64,000 nucleotides of DNA. It comes from Candidatus Omnitrophota bacterium. Its GTDB lineage: Bacteria > Omnitrophota > Gorgyraeia > Gygaellales > Profunditerraquicolaceae. Position 1 is the first letter of the stretch, and the number at the start of each line of letters is the position of its first letter. The DNA is taken from the NCBI GenBank assembly GCA_023227925.1, contig JALOCE010000001.1:539-64538 (forward strand), in the 5' to 3' direction. The notes beneath the pieces were generated by a model, which made no database searches, had not been told where the DNA came from, and was given only the letters and a program-made list of their open reading frames with translations. Made by a program: the position numbers and the translations under genes. Shown here piece by piece: positions 62,017 to 64,000 of the stretch.

Positions 62017-63218
62017 TGAAGGAAAAGTTGTTTAGGATATTTGATTATGGAAGCGAATACAGCCTTTATGGGATGATACTTTTTATGCCCATTTCCAATG
62101 CCGGTATTGAATCTTTTTTTGGGTTTGCTTTTTTGTTTTTCCTGCTTAAAAAAGCCCTTAAGCCGGATTTTGGATTCCTTAGATCCACGGCATGCCTTTT
62201 TCTTTTATTTTTCATATTTTTCTTAAGCCTGTCTTTGTTTAATAGCGGCCCTTATCTGCAAAAAAGTTTAAGTTCTTTATTTTTTAAATGGGCCGAATAC
62301 ATCCTTATTTTTGTTATTACGCAAGATACTTTACGTAGCGCAAAAAGAATCCGTAATTCTTTGATCATTCTATTGGTTATAGCAGCCGTGGTTGGTATCG
62401 ATGGGTTATTCCAGCGTTTCATTGGCGTGGATTTCCTGCGCCATAAAAAAATAATTTCCTTATGGGGGGAAACAATGTTGCATGGCATCGGCATAACAGG
62501 GCCATTCCAGCATTATAATTCTTTCGGCACCTATTTGATGTTTAATCTATCCTTACTGTTAGTTTTATTGATCTCAATAAAAGATAAAATCTATAAAATA
62601 TCTTTATTTATGCTGTTCGTTCTGCTGCAGGCGTGTTTTATCCTGACTTTTTCCCGGGGAAGTTGGCTGGGGTTTTTATGCGGCGTATTTTTATTACTGT
62701 TGCTATACCGCAAAGTAAACAAATTAGTCCTCATATTTACAATCTATATTATCCTGATTATTTTTTTCCCCGGCTCAAAAGGAAGAAGCATGCTTGTTGA
62801 TGCAGATAGATTTACTGTATGGAAGGGCGCTTTCGGAATGATCAAGGACCATCCTTTTCTGGGGATGGGCTTAGGCACCTTTATGGATTACTTTCAGGAA
62901 TATGTATCTAAAGATATGTACCTTAGATACACGCATAATTGTTATTTACAGATTTGGGCAGAAAGCGGCATATTCGCTCTTGTGAGTTTTATTTTATTTT
63001 GCGGGTCTGTGATGTATAAGGGGATAAAGGCTTTTAAAAATAATAATTCCAATTTTGTATTATTGGGTTTTATCTGCGCATTCTTTGGATTCCTTGTGCA
63101 AATTTTCTTTGACAGCCAGCTATACTCTTTACAATTATCTGCCCTTTTTTGGTTTATCGCAGGGTTTATAATGGCCTTGGCCAGATTACGGGAAAATGCG
63201 CCATTAATAACTAAATAA
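62016..63218 (+). CDS. O-antigen ligase-family (Wzy_C) membrane protein
   Basis: Multiple TM helices and the motif TFSRGSWLGFLCGVF typical of the O-antigen ligase domain, followed by a periplasmic loop. Confidence 0.65.
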   Translation: MKEKLFRIFDYGSEYSLYGMILFMPISNAGIESFFGFAFLFFLLKKALKPDFGFLRSTACLFLLFFIFFLSLSLFNSGPYLQKSLSSLFFKWAEYILIFVITQDTLRSAKRIRNSLIILLVIAAVVGIDGLFQRFIGVDFLRHKKIISLWGETMLHGIGITGPFQHYNSFGTYLMFNLSLLLVLLISIKDKIYKISLFMLFVLLQACFILTFSRGSWLGFLCGVFLLLLLYRKVNKLVLIFTIYIILIIFFPGSKGRSMLVDADRFTVWKGAFGMIKDHPFLGMGLGTFMDYFQEYVSKDMYLRYTHNCYLQIWAESGIFALVSFILFCGSVMYKGIKAFKNNNSNFVLLGFICAFFGFLVQIFFDSQLYSLQLSALFWFIAGFIMALARLRENAPLITK

Positions 63219-63241
63219 GATCACAAAAGTTTTATTCAACT

Positions 63242-63270
63242 ATGGCAGTTAAAGGCTGCCATTTTTTATT
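63242..63270 (+). terminator. Putative rho-independent terminator
   Basis: ATGGCAG-ttaaagg-CTGCCAT stem-loop followed by TTTTTTATT. It lies 24 nt after the stop codon of the ligase gene. Confidence 0.5.
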
Positions 63271-63279
63271 CCTGCAAGA

Positions 63280-64000
63280 ATGAATAATCCTTTTATCCTC
63301 ACCATAATTATTGTAGGTTTAAGCGGAATAATAGCGCAGGTTATTATTTTGCGTGAACTATTGATCAGTTTTTATGGTAATGAGCTCACCTTAGGGATAA
63401 TCTTAGCAAATTGGGTGTTGCTGGAAGCAATAGGCGTATTTACAATAGGCAGGCTTATCGATAAGGCAAGAAACAAGATAAACATATTTATCTTGTTACA
63501 GATAGTATTTTCCGTATCATTGCCCGTAGCTATCTATTTATCGAGGACGTTTAAGGGTATATTAGGGGTTCCTTTTGGAGAAGCGCTAGGGTTAAACACG
63601 ATATTTTTTTCCTCGTTTCTTATAATGTTGCCGCTGGCTTTTAGCCACGGCGGCTTATTTGGCGCGGCCTGTAAAATATATTCTATTTTTCTTGGAGAAT
63701 CCGATTCTATAGGCAGGGTATATGCGTGGGAAACAATAGGCACGATCATCGGCGGCATAATCTTTACTTACCTTTTTATTCCATACTTAAATTCGTTCCA
63801 AACCGCTTTTATTATATCCATAGCCAATATTATTATTTGCCTTCTTATTTTTAAATATAGGCCGGCCCGGGTATTCAAATATTTGGTTTTATTACTGTTT
63901 ATCGCAGGGGTTTATTCAGGCTTGGCCGGCGGAGTAAATTACCTGCAGCATTCCTCGATAACCAGCCAATGGAATATAGGTAAAGTCCTGGATTACCGTA
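63280..64000 (+). CDS. Spermidine-synthase-like polytopic membrane protein (fused MFS/SpeE-type), 3' truncated at window edge
   Basis: This ORF is not in the supplied track because it is open at the window end. The ATG at 63280 begins MNNPFILTIIIVGLSGIIAQVIILRELLISFYGNELTLGIILANWVLLEAIGVF, which matches the characteristic N-terminal TM region of membrane-anchored spermidine-synthase-like proteins. Hydrophobic periodicity continues to the window end. Confidence 0.45.
   Translation, partial: MNNPFILTIIIVGLSGIIAQVIILRELLISFYGNELTLGIILANWVLLEAIGVFTIGRLIDKARNKINIFILLQIVFSVSLPVAIYLSRTFKGILGVPFGEALGLNTIFFSSFLIMLPLAFSHGGLFGAACKIYSIFLGESDSIGRVYAWETIGTIIGGIIFTYLFIPYLNSFQTAFIISIANIIICLLIFKYRPARVFKYLVLLLFIAGVYSGLAGGVNYLQHSSITSQWNIGKVLDYR

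Overview
This window is essentially a single, co-directional glycan/nonulosonic-acid biosynthesis supercluster from a bacterium of about 40% GC. About 58 ORFs lie on the + strand with almost no intergenic DNA, and many have overlapping stop and start codons. The minus-strand ORFs in the track all sit inside + strand genes and look spurious.

Content recognisable from motifs:
- Sialic-acid-type nonulosonic acid (NulO) pathway: a NeuB-family synthase present twice (once fused to a UDP-galactopyranose-mutase-like flavodomain), a NeuA-family CMP-NulO synthetase plus a degenerate second cytidylyltransferase-like ORF, a NeuD-type hexapeptide acyltransferase, and a CBS-DegT aminotransferase.
- Acylation module: an AMP-forming acyl ligase fused to a MarR_EPS-like winged helix, followed by an acyl carrier protein.
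- Radical SAM enzymes: four B12-binding (class B) enzymes, one of them fused to a SAM methyltransferase, plus two SPASM-type enzymes (one 5' truncated at the window edge).
- At least 12 SAM methyltransferase domains, including a sugar C-methyltransferase and an FkbM-type enzyme.
- At least 12 glycosyltransferases (GT2, GT4, GT26, divergent GT-B) and an initiating polyprenyl-phosphate sugar phosphotransferase.
- Two Wzy_C-family membrane proteins, an MsbA-like ABC exporter, and a GDP-fucose-synthase-like epimerase/reductase.
- Tandem GalT-like HIT nucleotidyltransferases, one lacking the nucleophilic His, and an embedded gap (GAPDH) gene bracketed by hairpins.
- A PdxA-family dehydrogenase and an IMPase-family phosphatase.

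Three tandem or near-tandem paralogue pairs occur. A low-GC insert at about 32.9-34.9 kb carries an acetyltransferase-methyltransferase fusion. Two near-consensus sigma70-like promoters are visible (6574-6602 and 59617-59646), along with two rho-independent terminator-like hairpins. No CRISPR array, rRNA, tRNA or obvious mobile element is visible.

The most unusual element is a hypermodified NulO-glycan system that combines cobalamin radical SAM chemistry, ACP-dependent acylation and heavy methylation. Several of its fusion architectures are not known to me.
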